Positions 25,201-34,229 of a stretch of DNA of 64,000 bases are shown here, piece by piece. Each line of letters begins with the position of its first letter. Within the stretch, counting starts at the first letter, position 1. The notes under the pieces are model-generated. The model was not told the origin of the DNA, did not search any database, and saw nothing but the letters and a program-made list of their open reading frames with translations. Where the stretch lies: positions 1,612,001 through 1,676,000 of the forward strand of contig MU053758.1 in NCBI GenBank assembly GCA_013239625.1. The letters run 5' to 3'. The position numbers and the translations under genes are program-made. The stretch is from Lama guanicoe. Its lineage: Eukaryota.

Positions 25201-28200
25201 CCCAGATGCCTGGCCAGACACCCAGCTTCCCTGCTCCTGCCCCCACGGGGCCCTCCCTATCCCCTGCCAGGGACTGGGCTGTGGCAGGGACTGGGCTGTG
25301 GTGGGGCCTCCTGCCTCTCTGGGGAGGGTCAACCCGCCGGTGTGTGGCCTCGTCTGCTCAGCTGCCCCCACCCCGGGCTGGGTAGGCGCTTTGTTTGCCC
25401 TCCTTCACTGGTTTCTTTCCTGAGCTTTTTATTTCTCGTGGGCCACGTCCTGAGCACGTTTCTCTTTTTAATTTTTCTTCCTTTTCTCCTTGCACCCCCT
25501 CTTCTCCCTGTGCTCTCCTTCCATTCCCTGGATCCTGCCTCTACTCCTCTCCTCCCCTTCCCTCCTCCAGCGGACCTGTTGGAGATTTAAAGGGTACAGT
25601 GTGGCATTGCGGTCTCGGTCACTAACAGTGGCAGGTGATTATAAGAAGGCTGGGCAGGCAGGAGGGGCAGGCAGAACCTTCTGGGGCTGTGAGGACTTCA
25701 CCTTGACACATCAGCTATCCGTGCTTGTTAACAACTTACCACCACCTCTCCCATCTGAAAGCCCCTTCTCAGGAGGAAGGAGGCACTTGCTGGCTCAAAG
25801 TCCGGTCCCCCTTGCCAGGAAGTCTGGGCACTGCATGGCTGCCCTGCTGCAGTCCCCCAGACTCTGTGGCTTTCTCTCTGTGCTGAGCCCGGCCACTTCT
25901 GGTTATCCGGGTGGCTGGTAGCAGGACCCAGCCTCTCCAGACACCAGTGAAGCCACCCAGAAGCCTCTGTGTATCTATAGCTCCTGTCTCGGCTACTCCA
26001 AGGGCTGGCTCTTCCTGCTCAAAAATCCAGAGACCCTGGTCACTCAGCCCCTAAGTCCTGCTTCCAAGCCTCTGGCCTTATCAGAGTAGCCCAGGGACAA
26101 AGGAATGACCAGTCCCTTCTTGGCTCGAGCCACTAACTTCTCCTACCCTGTGGATGACCTGTCCTTGGTATTTGGACCGCTTCTGTCTCTGACACAGGCA
26201 CACCCCGAGCACCTCTAGTTATAAGAGGCAGGCTGGGGAGGGGGCCAGAGGACATCGGGGCGGGGGATGGCAGAGAGGAGCCCCCTGTCTCTTCTAATCA
26301 CCTGCTGCCGCTCTCTGGCTCCATGTGTGTTGGTGTGTGATCAGCCCATCTGCTCTTCTCACTGTGTGCGGGGAGGGCTGGGGGGAGGCATCTAACTTGC
26401 TTGCCAGCGAGTGTGGATTAACCGCACCTGCCCGTGGCCTCTTGAGACCTCAGGAGATCCTTGGATCAGCTCCCTCTCAGTCCTGGAGACAGCACTGCCG
26501 GAACTTGCTTCTGGTTCCTTTTCTACCCCAGTGTTATTAAGGGAGTGGGACCCGAGTGCCTTCATAACTCTGGTTATTAACAGGGGCCTTGTGTGAGAAC
26601 GGACTGACCCCAGGTCTGGAGGTCGGACCTCTCACGGCTGTAATCACCAGCCCTCCCTACCTCCCGCCCCACCCACTTCCTGTCTGCCCCTGTACTCCGC
26701 CATTCCTGGGGTCCCTTTTCTTTCTCGTGTCCTGGAGGTGGGGGGTGTGGGGTGAGAGTGGATACAGGGCACCCACCTCTCTGCACTGTGTGGTTTCCAT
26801 TTCTTCAGAGCATCTGTGATTTGCTGTGTTTCATTGTTGTGGTTTCCGTGGATGCATCTGATATTTGACATTTTCTCTCCAGTGCTTCAGAGTAACAGGG
26901 ACAGGAGGGGAAGGGAGAGGAACTAGACCAAAGAAAAGCCTCCGCTGCCCTTAACCCTGGGCAAATGAGGGTCCAGGGGTTGGCAGCCTGATGTCACTTC
27001 CTGCCCCCAAAGGAAGCGATGATTGACATCCTTCTCTGCTCCATCCCTGTTCCACAGGAAATGACATCAGAGGCTCATCACGCTCCCCGGGCCTGGGCGA
27101 TCTCAGGGTTCTGAACTCCCTGGTTTCTGAAGCCTCTGAGGAGAGGGAATTGTGTTCACAAGACTCAGCCTTCTCTTAGCCAGTCCAACTTTCATTTGTC
27201 TTTCATTTCTCACCAACAGATTCCACCACCTGTAGTTCAGCCAAGTCCAAGGTAAGTGCCGAGGCAATTCTGAAAGTTTTATTCCTGTACAAGAAGGCCC
27301 ACTTTGCTTTTTGGTCAAGGGAATTGAGAGGATTGTGGTTGGACGCTAAGGAAGATGGGTAGTCACTGGGAAGGAAGGTGGGACATACCAAGTGTCCAAG
27401 GTAAGCTGAGAAGTCTCTCACCTTAACAGTGCTTGAGAAGGTACCAAGGTACCTGGTGCTGTAGAGGAGTTAGGTGGCCTGGAGGCAGTGTCACCCAGTG
27501 GTTAGAAGCACAGACAGCCCTGGGCCTGAGTCCTGGCTCCACCACTTAGTGGCTTGGGGACATTGAGCAAGTTACTTAACCTCTTCCTTCCTTCCTTCCT
27601 TCCTTCCTCTTTCTTTCTTCCTTCCTTCCTTCCTTCTTTCCTTCCTTCCTTCTTTCCTTCCTTCCTGTTTTTTTTGGGGGGGTTAACTAGGTTTATTCAT
27701 TTATTTATTTTATGGGAGGCACTGGGGATTGAACCCAGGACCTCGTTATCTTGTGCATGCTAAGCATGTGTTCTTCCATTGAGCTATACCCTCCCCCCTT
27801 AACCTCTTTCTGATCCTCAGCTTTCTCAGTATTATTTATGGGGATAGTATTTATCCTCATAAATGGGGTTAACAACAAGCATGTCTGATATGCTAAGTAA
27901 TTTTTAAGGTCTTTGCAGAGCCCAAAGCAAACAGAAGGAAGGAAATAATAAATATAAGAACAGAAATCAGTGAAATTGAAAACAAATGAGAAGATCAGTG
28001 AAACCCAAGCTGGCTCTTTGAACCGGGTCTCACCCGCAGCTAGTTGCCCGCTTCAGAGCCAGCCCTCTGAGACAGAAGCCGTAGGGCCAGGGTGCCTGCC
28101 CAGATGTGCCCTGCCCAACTGTTAGATTAGAGCCTGAAGGCCAGGGCCTGTCTTAGTTCTGGCTGCCATAAAAAAATATCATAGACTGGGTGGCTTAACA

Positions 28201-31200
28201 ACAAAAATTAATTTTCTCAGAGTTTTGGAGGCTAGAAGTCCAAGATTAAGATGTTAGCATGGTCAGTTTCTGGTGAGGGCTCTCTTCCTGGCTTATAGAT
28301 GGCTGCCTTCTCACTGTGTCCTCATATGCCAGAGAGAGAGACAGAGACAGAGCCGACAGAGCCAGAGCGCGCATGAGAGGGAAACAGCAGGCTCTCTGGT
28401 GCCTCTTGTTATAAAAGCAGTAATGCCAGCGTAAGGGCCACACCCTCATGACCCCATTTAACCCTAATTACCTCCCAAAGGCTCCAAATACTATCACGTT
28501 GAGGGGTTAGGGCTTCAACACATGTATTTGAGCAGGAAGAACAGTTCTGTCCATAGTAGTGGGTAAAATCAGCTGAATGTTGGCTCGTCCAACTGGGCTC
28601 CTTTCTGTCTGGGTCTCTAGGTACTGGCCTGGTCCCAGCAAGGCCAGCGTGCCTGACATCAAGTAGGTGCTCCTTATGTGTCAGATGAAAGCCTGGACAG
28701 AAAGAAAAAGGCTGCTCTAGTCTGGTGCAGGGGTCCCCTGTGACCTCTCCATGGAGCCTCTGCCTTGCAACTCTAGTGACGGGGAGCTCACTCCAACACA
28801 AGACTGCTATGGCGGGGAGCACATTCATTATGGGGACCTGAATCTAGTTCCCTGTCACCTCCACCCATTACTCCTGCTTGTCCCCTGGTTTCCGGTAGAC
28901 TCTCCTGGATGACTTCTTGACCTTTATGTGAACCTGCTGACCTCTGCATTCCCTGGAAGTGACCATTCTGCTGACCTCATTGCTTCTGTAACTAGCCAGG
29001 ATGAGAGGGTAATTTGATCAGATGATCCCAGAGGCCTCACAAATCTCTCAGAAAAAGCACAGGGCAGAAAAGAAAGCAGCACTGGCCACCACATGCCAGG
29101 TTGATCGTAGCAGTGCTGTGTGTCACACAGCTCTGGGTGGTGCCTTCTGGAGTCGTGCAGCGTGGGCAGCTGTGGCCCAGGAGCCCATATGCCTGTGAAT
29201 CCTGAATCCCTGACACGCTCTGGCTTTCTCAGAACTAAGTGACATGAGAGATTGTGTAGGATGCGGTGGCCGAGGGAGGCATCTGTCTCCATCCCTTACA
29301 GGCAGACCTCATTTTCTTGTGCTTTCCTTTACATATTGGGTGGGTTTTTTTTTTAAAAACAAATTGAAGGTTTGTGGCAACCCTATCTTGAGCAAGTCTG
29401 TCAGCACCATTTTTCCAACAGCACTTGCGCACCTCATGTCTCTGTGAATATCGCATGATAATTCATGCGATATTTCAAACTTTTTCATTATAATTATATT
29501 TGTTATGGTCATCTGTGATCAGCGATCTTTGATGTTACTCTTGCAAAAAGATTACGACTCGCTGAAGATGATGGTTAGCAGTTTTTAGCAATAAAGTATT
29601 TTTAAATTAAGGTATGTACATTTTTTTTTAAGACACGATGCTAGTGCACGATAGACTACAGTGTAAACTTAACTTTTATATGCGCCGGGAAACCAGAAAA
29701 TTCACGTGACTTGCTTTATTGCAGTACTTGCTTTATTGCTGTAGTCTGGAACCCAGCCTGCAGTATCTCCGTGGCAGGCCTGTATTAATTACACTGCGGC
29801 TGAGAAACAGGAGGTAGCCTGCGAGAAGGGATGGAAGGGCAGGTTGTTCCAGCCCAGCAGGGGACCAGTCCCAGCATCTGCTTCTACAGGGCTTCCTATG
29901 TTCAGGGGACTCCATTCACCCATTGGTTCATTCACTTAACATTTCTTGAGCGCCTGTTAAGTGCCAGGCACTGTGCTAGGAGGCATGGATGCAAACACAA
30001 ACAAGCCAACAACCTTCCTCTCAAGGAACTCAGGGTTTGATACAGATGATGTGGAAACAGAGCTATTCTGATGTGAGAAGAGCCGGTGCATCTGTATTTT
30101 CAAAGGCCTATCAGAACAGAGAATGGATTTCCGAGCTCATCCAAAGGAGGGCTGGGAAGTTGCTGCATAGAGGATGCCATGTTTGAGCTGGGCTTAGGAG
30201 GGGGAGTAAGAACCCATTACGTATCCTGTCCAGGGAAGGGGCAGTAGGTCGGCATCGCCAAGTGAAAGCTGTGTTGGGGTTGCAGTCAAGGCAGGAGGGG
30301 CACTAGGCAAGTTGTGAAGGGCGCTGTGTCTATGCTCTATCCTGGTGGGGGTGGGGTCCAGCAGAGACTGGAGGCGATCAGATTCCTGCCCTGCCTTAGA
30401 AGGACTAATTGCTCCGGAAGAGGCGGCGAGGGGGAGGGGGAGGCAGAGGCAAGGGAGGAGGCAGAGTCCTATTAGGAGAGGACAGAAATGCCTAGGAAAG
30501 GCAGAGTGATGGTCTGTCTGAACAGAGGATGATGAGGATGAACTGGCTTTGGGAGTCATTTGAGGAGAATCGAGAGGGAGGAGGGGAGGGGGAGGAGGCA
30601 GAGAATCACCTTAAGGTGGGGGACACGCATGGAGCTGGTTTGGGGCAGGGGTTGGGAACATAAAGTGGTTCCAGATAGGTGAGTTTCAGGTGCCTGCAGA
30701 TACCTTGGTAGAGACAGATTCGCAGTTGGAAAAAGAGTTCTGGAGCTCAAGAGATATCAAGTTTGGTGTTAGATGGAGGGATGTTTTCAGGGAGAGGGGC
30801 TGAGAACAGAGCCCTGGGAACACAGCTTCCTAAGGGATAAGAGAGGGAAATAGAGCCTCCCGAAAGAGAGGAGAGGCCAGAGAGGGAGAATTAAAAACCA
30901 GATTGGAGGAGGCAGTGATGGGCAGCTTGGGCTCTGCTGGGAGATCATGGAAGGCCAAGACCAAAAAACACCCATAGGGCTTGGCAGTGAGAATGTGGCA
31001 GAAAGTTGCCCACGTTGAGGTTGCAAGTCACAATTTGAGAGTGACTTCAATCCAAACCATTGGATTGTGCAGAATTTTTAGCCACTTTTGGCAGCAAAGC
31101 CAGTGGTTGGGTTGATCTGGGGTTGAGGATTGTCCGGGTAGGGAGGTGATGGGATGGCAGAGATGCATGGGGTGTGGTGGCAAGGGAAGTGAACTTGGGC

Positions 31201-32750
31201 AGGTTTCCCTGGAGAGGCCTGTACCTACTGAGTAGGTGGAAAGGCAGGTTTCCCAGGTGAGAGTGAGTGCAGAGGGTGGGAAAGAAAAGCTGTGGTCAGA
31301 GAAAGGTCCCTGTAGGCTCTGATGTTATAACCCAGGATAGTGTATGTGAAATGGGCTCAAACTGTCAAGTGTCATTCGCTGTTGAGAATCTGCTGTCACC
31401 AGAGCTGAGTCTAAAAGGATTTATCGAGCACTGGATGTGGAGAATGGAATGGAAGTTGGGGCGAGATGGGAACCCAGCCCCCAGCTCACAGGAAAGAGCT
31501 GAGAGTCTGGACTAAGACCAGAGGAGGTGCTGAGGAGGCTTTAGGATTGAGGGAGCTGGAAGGGGTAGTCTCTAGAGTGGATGGTGACACTTGGGCTGGG
31601 ACAGCGGTCCAGGAGGAACGGTGGAGGGGGTGCTGGGCTTGGCTCGGACCTGTTGAGATTGAGTGCTGTCGTGCGGGGGTATATGGGTGGGAGCTTGGGG
31701 GCGCCGAGGCTCTCCGAACGGGTGCTGGGAGAAAGGGCGCCTCCGGCACACTGACCTGTCTCCCGCACAGGGCTCGTGGGCCTCCAAGAAGGAGCCGTAC
31801 GCCCGGGAGATGCTGGCGATCTCCTTCATCTCGGCGGTCAACCGCAAGCGGAAGAAGCGGCGGGAGGCGCGGGGGCTGGGCAGCAGCACGGACGACGACT
31901 CGGAGCAGGAGGCTCACAAGCCCGAGGCGGGGGCGCCGGCGCCAGGGGGCCAGGACCGGCCGGAGGGGCGGCTGCCCGGCGCCGCCGCCCCCGAGGCCCC
32001 CGGACGCCTCAGCCCCCCAGCGGCACCGGAGGAGCGGCCGGCCGCGGACACGCGCTCCATCGTCTCGGGCTACTCCACCCTGTCCACCATGGACCGCAGC
32101 GTGTGCTCGGGCGCCGGAGGCCGGCGGGCGGGCGCCGGGGACGAGGCGGACGACGAGCGGAGCGAGCTGAGCCACGTGGAGACGGACACGGAGGGCGGCG
32201 CGGGGCCGGGGGGGCGCCCGGCGCGCCGGCCCTCGTTCACCTCGCACCACCTGATGCCCGGCGACACCCTGGCGCGGCGCCGCCTGGCCCGGAGCCGCGC
32301 GGACGGCGAGGGCGCGGGCGTGGGCAAAAAGCGGCCGTGGCGGCGGCGGCGGCTGCGCTGGGCTCGCGGCCGTCACGCCTCGAGGCGCTGCGGCTGCGCC
32401 TCCGCGGCACCGCCGACGACATGCTGGCCGTGCGGCAGCGGCGGCCGCTGTCGCCCGAAACGCGGCGGCGCCGGAGCAGCTGGCGCCGGCACACGGTGGT
32501 GGTGCAGAGCCCGCTGACCGACCTCAACTTCAACGAGTGGAAGGAGCTGGGCGGAGGGGGCCCCCCGGAGCCGGCGGGCCAGCGGGCTCACAGTGACAAC
32601 AAGGACTCGGGCCTCAGCAGCCTGGAGTCCACCAAGGCGCGGGCCCCGTCGTCCGCCGCCTCGCTGCCGCCCGCTCCCGGGGACCCGGGGACCCTGCAGA
32701 GCCAGCCCCCGCGCCGCTCCGCCGCCTCGCGCCTCCATCAGTGTCTGTGA
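1103..32750 (+). CDS. ARHGAP23: ARHGAP23 (Rho GTPase-activating protein 23), 3' part of the spliced CDS; 5' exons lie upstream of the window
   Basis: 14 GT-AG exons join in consistent phase to give PH domain, RhoGAP domain (GIYRVPG arginine finger; [27 protein letters not shown]) and a tail ending SRLHQCL*. One frame break near 32320-32340. Confidence 0.96.
4300..5400 (-). mobile_element. LINE-2 3' fragment
   Basis: attcatttattcagtaaatatt L2 terminus; minus-strand translation resembles L2 ORF2 C-terminal motifs ([17 protein letters not shown]). Confidence 0.8.
5408..5608 (-). mobile_element. MER20 (hAT-Charlie) MITE
   Basis: aaaatgtctccagaca...ctggttgagaactactg, matching the recalled consensus. 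Confidence 0.75.
6072..6246 (+). mobile_element. tRNA-Ala-derived SINE (vic-1-like) with (TAAA/TAGA)n tail
   Basis: A/B-box tRNA head; imperfect TSD taaagagaagccgggga / taaagagaaggctgggga. Confidence 0.88.
6340..6930. other. CpG-rich island over the PH-domain exon
   Basis: High GC and CpG density including (GCG)n runs. Confidence 0.7.
6523..6843 (+). CDS. ARHGAP23: ARHGAP23 exon, [13 protein letters not shown]...[17 protein letters not shown] (PH domain body)
   Basis: Long pyrimidine tract + cag, GAG|gtgagg donor, 321 nt; PH C-terminal helix Trp (LGWIRAI); CpG-rich. Confidence 0.96.
8104..8165 (+). CDS. ARHGAP23: ARHGAP23 exon, [20 protein letters not shown](S)
   Basis: cctccag acceptor, AG|gtgagg donor, 62 nt, phase 0-2. 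Confidence 0.92.
8427..8557 (+). CDS. ARHGAP23: ARHGAP23 exon, (S)[13 protein letters not shown]...PVGSK(D)
   Basis: ttttcctacacag acceptor, AAGG|gtagga donor, 131 nt, phase 2-1. Confidence 0.92.
9220..9341 (+). CDS. ARHGAP23: ARHGAP23 exon, (D)[40 protein letters not shown]
   Basis: actccag acceptor, CAG|gtgggt donor, 122 nt, phase 1-0; FGVRLEE marks the RhoGAP domain start. Confidence 0.95.
9665..10390 (-). mobile_element. L1 3' fragment
   Basis: Poly(T) end; gttgatggacacttaggttgcttccat; catttacattcccaccaacagtgta. Confidence 0.88.
10439..10594 (+). CDS. ARHGAP23: ARHGAP23 exon, [10 protein letters not shown]...GIYRVPGNN...INLQDE (RhoGAP, arginine finger)
   Basis: tccccag acceptor, GAG|gtgagt donor, 156 nt, phase 0-0. 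Confidence 0.96.
10938..11151 (+). mobile_element. MER58-like hAT-Charlie MITE
   Basis: gtaaagggccaggtag...ggatttgacctgcggg...tttgcagacccctg. Confidence 0.65.
11588..11905 (+). mobile_element. MLT1 (ERVL-MaLR) solo LTR
   Basis: gaattgtgtcctcctcaaattcatatattgaagccctaac...gcctccagagttgtgagaaaacaaattt. Confidence 0.78.
13533..13546 (-). promoter_or_regulatory. Candidate CTCF site
   Basis: CCACCAGAGGGCGC on - strand, full match to the CCASYAGRKGGCRS core. Confidence 0.55.
13612..13812 (-). mobile_element. MER20 MITE
   Basis: agggtttctcaacc...cctggttgagaactactg termini. Confidence 0.75.
14635..14713 (+). CDS. ARHGAP23: ARHGAP23 exon, [26 protein letters not shown](D)
   Basis: ctccccag acceptor, G|gtgagt donor, 79 nt, phase 0-1. 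Confidence 0.96.
15234..15434. mobile_element. MER63-like hAT MITE
   Basis: Terminal inverted repeats cagtggtgtgctg / cagcacaccgc. Confidence 0.6.
15480..16570 (-). mobile_element. Old L1 (L1M-type) fragment
   Basis: Diverged gatggatatttaggttgt and ttccccgcatcc motifs; T-rich. Confidence 0.65.
16608..16770 (+). mobile_element. tRNA-Ala-derived SINE (vic-1-like)
   Basis: gggtatagctcagtggt...ggttcaatcccc head; aaacctaattacctcc tail motif twice; TSD-like aaaatccccat / aaaatctccat. Confidence 0.88.
17172..17245 (+). CDS. ARHGAP23: ARHGAP23 exon, (D)[24 protein letters not shown]
   Basis: gttctag acceptor, CTG|gtaagg donor, 74 nt, phase 1-0. Confidence 0.95.
17506..17595 (+). CDS. ARHGAP23: ARHGAP23 exon, [30 protein letters not shown]
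   Basis: cccgccag acceptor, AAG|gtgggt donor, 90 nt, phase 0-0. Confidence 0.96.
18252..18377 (+). CDS. ARHGAP23: ARHGAP23 exon, [16 protein letters not shown]...KIVETLIQH (end of RhoGAP)
   Basis: ctgcccag acceptor, CAC|gtaagc donor, 126 nt, phase 0-0. Confidence 0.96.
18896..18909 (+). promoter_or_regulatory. Candidate CTCF site
   Basis: CCAGCAGAGGGCGC, full core match. Confidence 0.55.
20590..20800 (-). mobile_element. MER20 MITE
   Basis: aaaatgtctccagacattgccagatgcccccttggggggcaaaat. Confidence 0.78.
21020..21180 (+). mobile_element. tRNA-Ala-derived SINE (vic-1-like) inserted into a MIR
   Basis: ggggagggtatagctcagtggtagagcgcatgcttagcat head; TSD-like aaaattgtgcctg / aaaatggtgcctg. Confidence 0.88.
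21572..22420 (-). mobile_element. L1 3' fragment
   Basis: gagaacttttaaaatctactctcttagcaa; ttgatggacacttagattg; gaggagcctccatactgtt. Confidence 0.88.
23317..23450 (-). mobile_element. tRNA-Ala-derived SINE (vic-1-like)
   Basis: ggaggtactggggattgaacccaggacc...ctctaccact on + strand. Confidence 0.85.
23970..24000 (+). promoter_or_regulatory. Candidate CTCF site with upstream module
   Basis: TGCAGTGG...GCACTAGATGGCGC (13/14 core match plus TGCAG upstream motif). Confidence 0.55.
24443..24484 (+). CDS. ARHGAP23: ARHGAP23 exon, [14 protein letters not shown]
   Basis: tcttctgcag acceptor, AGA|gtgagt donor, 42 nt, phase 0-0. Confidence 0.93.
25041..25137 (+). CDS. ARHGAP23: ARHGAP23 exon, [32 protein letters not shown](+G)
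   Basis: gtttgcag acceptor, CAG|gtgagt donor, 97 nt, phase 0-1. Confidence 0.94.
25571..25590 (+). CDS. ARHGAP23: Alternative ARHGAP23 microexon coding part, (A)DLLEI* (exon probably 25571-25593)
   Basis: ~170-nt pyrimidine-rich tract ending cctccag; phase 1 matches the upstream exon; in-frame TAA at 25588-25590; candidate donor AGG|gtacag at 25594. Confidence 0.7.
27220..27251 (+). CDS. ARHGAP23: ARHGAP23 penultimate exon, (D)[10 protein letters not shown]
   Basis: ccaacag acceptor, AAG|gtaagt donor, 32 nt, phase 1-0. Confidence 0.92.
27583..27798 (-). mobile_element. tRNA-Ala-derived SINE (vic-1-like) with adjoining (TTCC)n microsatellite
   Basis: ctggggattgaacccaggacc...gagctataccctcccc; (TTCC/TTTC)n at 27583-27666. 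Confidence 0.85.
28149..28556 (-). mobile_element. MLT1 solo LTR
   Basis: tgtcttagtt...ggaggctagaagtccaagat...acctcccaaaggctcc...gggcttcaaca. Confidence 0.8.
29299..29782 (+). mobile_element. Tigger1-like (TcMar) internally deleted DNA transposon
   Basis: TA|caggcagacctc ... gtggcaggcctg|TA (TIRs with TA target duplication); ttgaaggtttgtggcaacc. Confidence 0.82.
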
Positions 32751-32900
32751 TCGCCACCCCTCCCCCGCCTCCAGGCCTCTGACTGCCCCTCCCCCCTGCC
32801 CCTTGGTTTCCCAGAAGTCGCCTCTGCTTGCACCCCGTCTTGGGTTGCCCCTGGGAGCGTCGGGGTGCAGGTCGGAGACGCTGAGGCCGTGTATCTAGTT
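31670..32900. other. CpG island over the last ARHGAP23 exon
   Basis: Extreme GC and CpG density over ~1.2 kb. Confidence 0.85.
31771..32750 (+). CDS. ARHGAP23: ARHGAP23 last coding exon, [19 protein letters not shown]...SRLHQCL*, with an apparent frameshift at ~32320-32340
   Basis: cccgcacag acceptor. First half lies in the frame of ORF 31663..32517, second half ([13 protein letters not shown]...HQCL) in the frame of ORF 31776..32750. Dense CpG island. Confidence 0.92.
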
Positions 32901-33738
32901 TGTGCGCAGAAATTGGTAGGAGGTGGGCAGAGGAGAAGGCCCGGGCTAGACAAAGAGTGTCGGTGGGAGGGAGGGGGCTTCGGGGGTGAGGAGAGGGCTA
33001 ATGTTGCTGGGGCTCTGTGCAGGGCTACTGGGGGTCTCTGTCACCTGGATAAGTGACAGAGTGCGCCCTTCTGGGTCTTTCTGTGTCTGCACTTAGGGAC
33101 CTTTGTTGGCCATGGGGCGTGGCTAGGGAACCTCCATGTCTCAAACTAAAGAAAAGACACTGGGTGATGCTGGCTCTTCATTTCCTCGGCCTACGCCCCC
33201 CCCCCATTAGCTCCTAGCTGCCATCTAAGGGAGGGGGGTTGTGTATGTATGTCTCGGGGGAGGAGATGAAGGGAGATGGTGTCAACGGGGGAGGGGTTGC
33301 TGTGTGTGAGTGTGTGTAGTCACTGTCCAAAGGTGTTTCTAGTAGCAACTTATGCCACTCCTGCCCCCTTCGTCCCCCGCCCCCCACCAGAGCTCCCTGC
33401 CTTTGGTGCACCCAGGGATTCCCCCCACCCCTTGTCAGAGCCAGAGGAGGAGGTTGGGGCCCTTCCGCAGAGGCAGGACTGAGACTCTCACGAAGGTTAC
33501 TCTCAACACCAACCTTTTCCCAACCTCTAAATCACCAGCCCCCAAATGCTTCCTATTCCCCAGACAGTTTGGGGAGGGTTCAAGGTCTGCCTCTGCTAGA
33601 CCTTCCGTGTCCCACTCTTTTGTTCTTAAAGCTGTGCCTGTTTCTTCCATAGCTCAGACACACAGGCCCCCACCTTCTTCCCTTTAAGAGGGGATGTAGT
33701 AAGACATCCCTGGTGTCCCCCCTCACCCCTCTCTCACA

Positions 33739-33740
<2 letters not shown>

Positions 33741-33772
<32 letters not shown>
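33741..33772 (+). repeat. (CA)16 microsatellite in the ARHGAP23 3' UTR
   Basis: Read directly. Confidence 0.95.
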
Positions 33773-33775
<3 letters not shown>

Positions 33776-34223
33776 ATTTAGGGGATCTGAGCTGGGCTGT
33801 TCCTTCAGGAAGGGCGGGACCCAGCCCCCTCTTCTCCCCACACATTGTAAATAGTCCTCAGATCACAGGTCTCCCCCACACATGCCCTCACTCATTCCAG
33901 GGAAGCCCAGGTGAGCCCACTGCCACGTCTATCGGTCCTCTTGTTTTATGCAAAGATTTGCTGTAAGTAGATTTCTCTCTCCTCCCTGCCCCATCCTCTA
34001 TGTAAATATTGTCTCTAAATGTGTAACATATTATAAAGAATTTATAAGGATTTTTAAAGCTGTTTTGCTCATTTAAAAAAGTGTTGTAACAGTGTTGGAT
34101 AAGCCTCCGGCCTCATGTCCGCATGTCTTCTTTCACCGTGTCCTTGCCACACCTCTCTAGGTGACAACTAAGAATTCCTGCTTCTGAAAAGTCCTGTCTG
34201 GAAAGTATAGTCTATATCTTGGA

Positions 34224-34229
34224 AATAAA
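34224..34229 (+). terminator. Poly(A) signal of ARHGAP23
   Basis: AATAAA followed ~30 nt later by G/T-rich ctgtctcgcttgttttgg. Confidence 0.75.

Noticed and set aside
31486..32738. Long antisense ORFs (296, 121, 98 aa) over the last ARHGAP23 exon
   Set aside because: Shadow frames of extremely GC-rich coding DNA, where stops are rare; low-complexity translations
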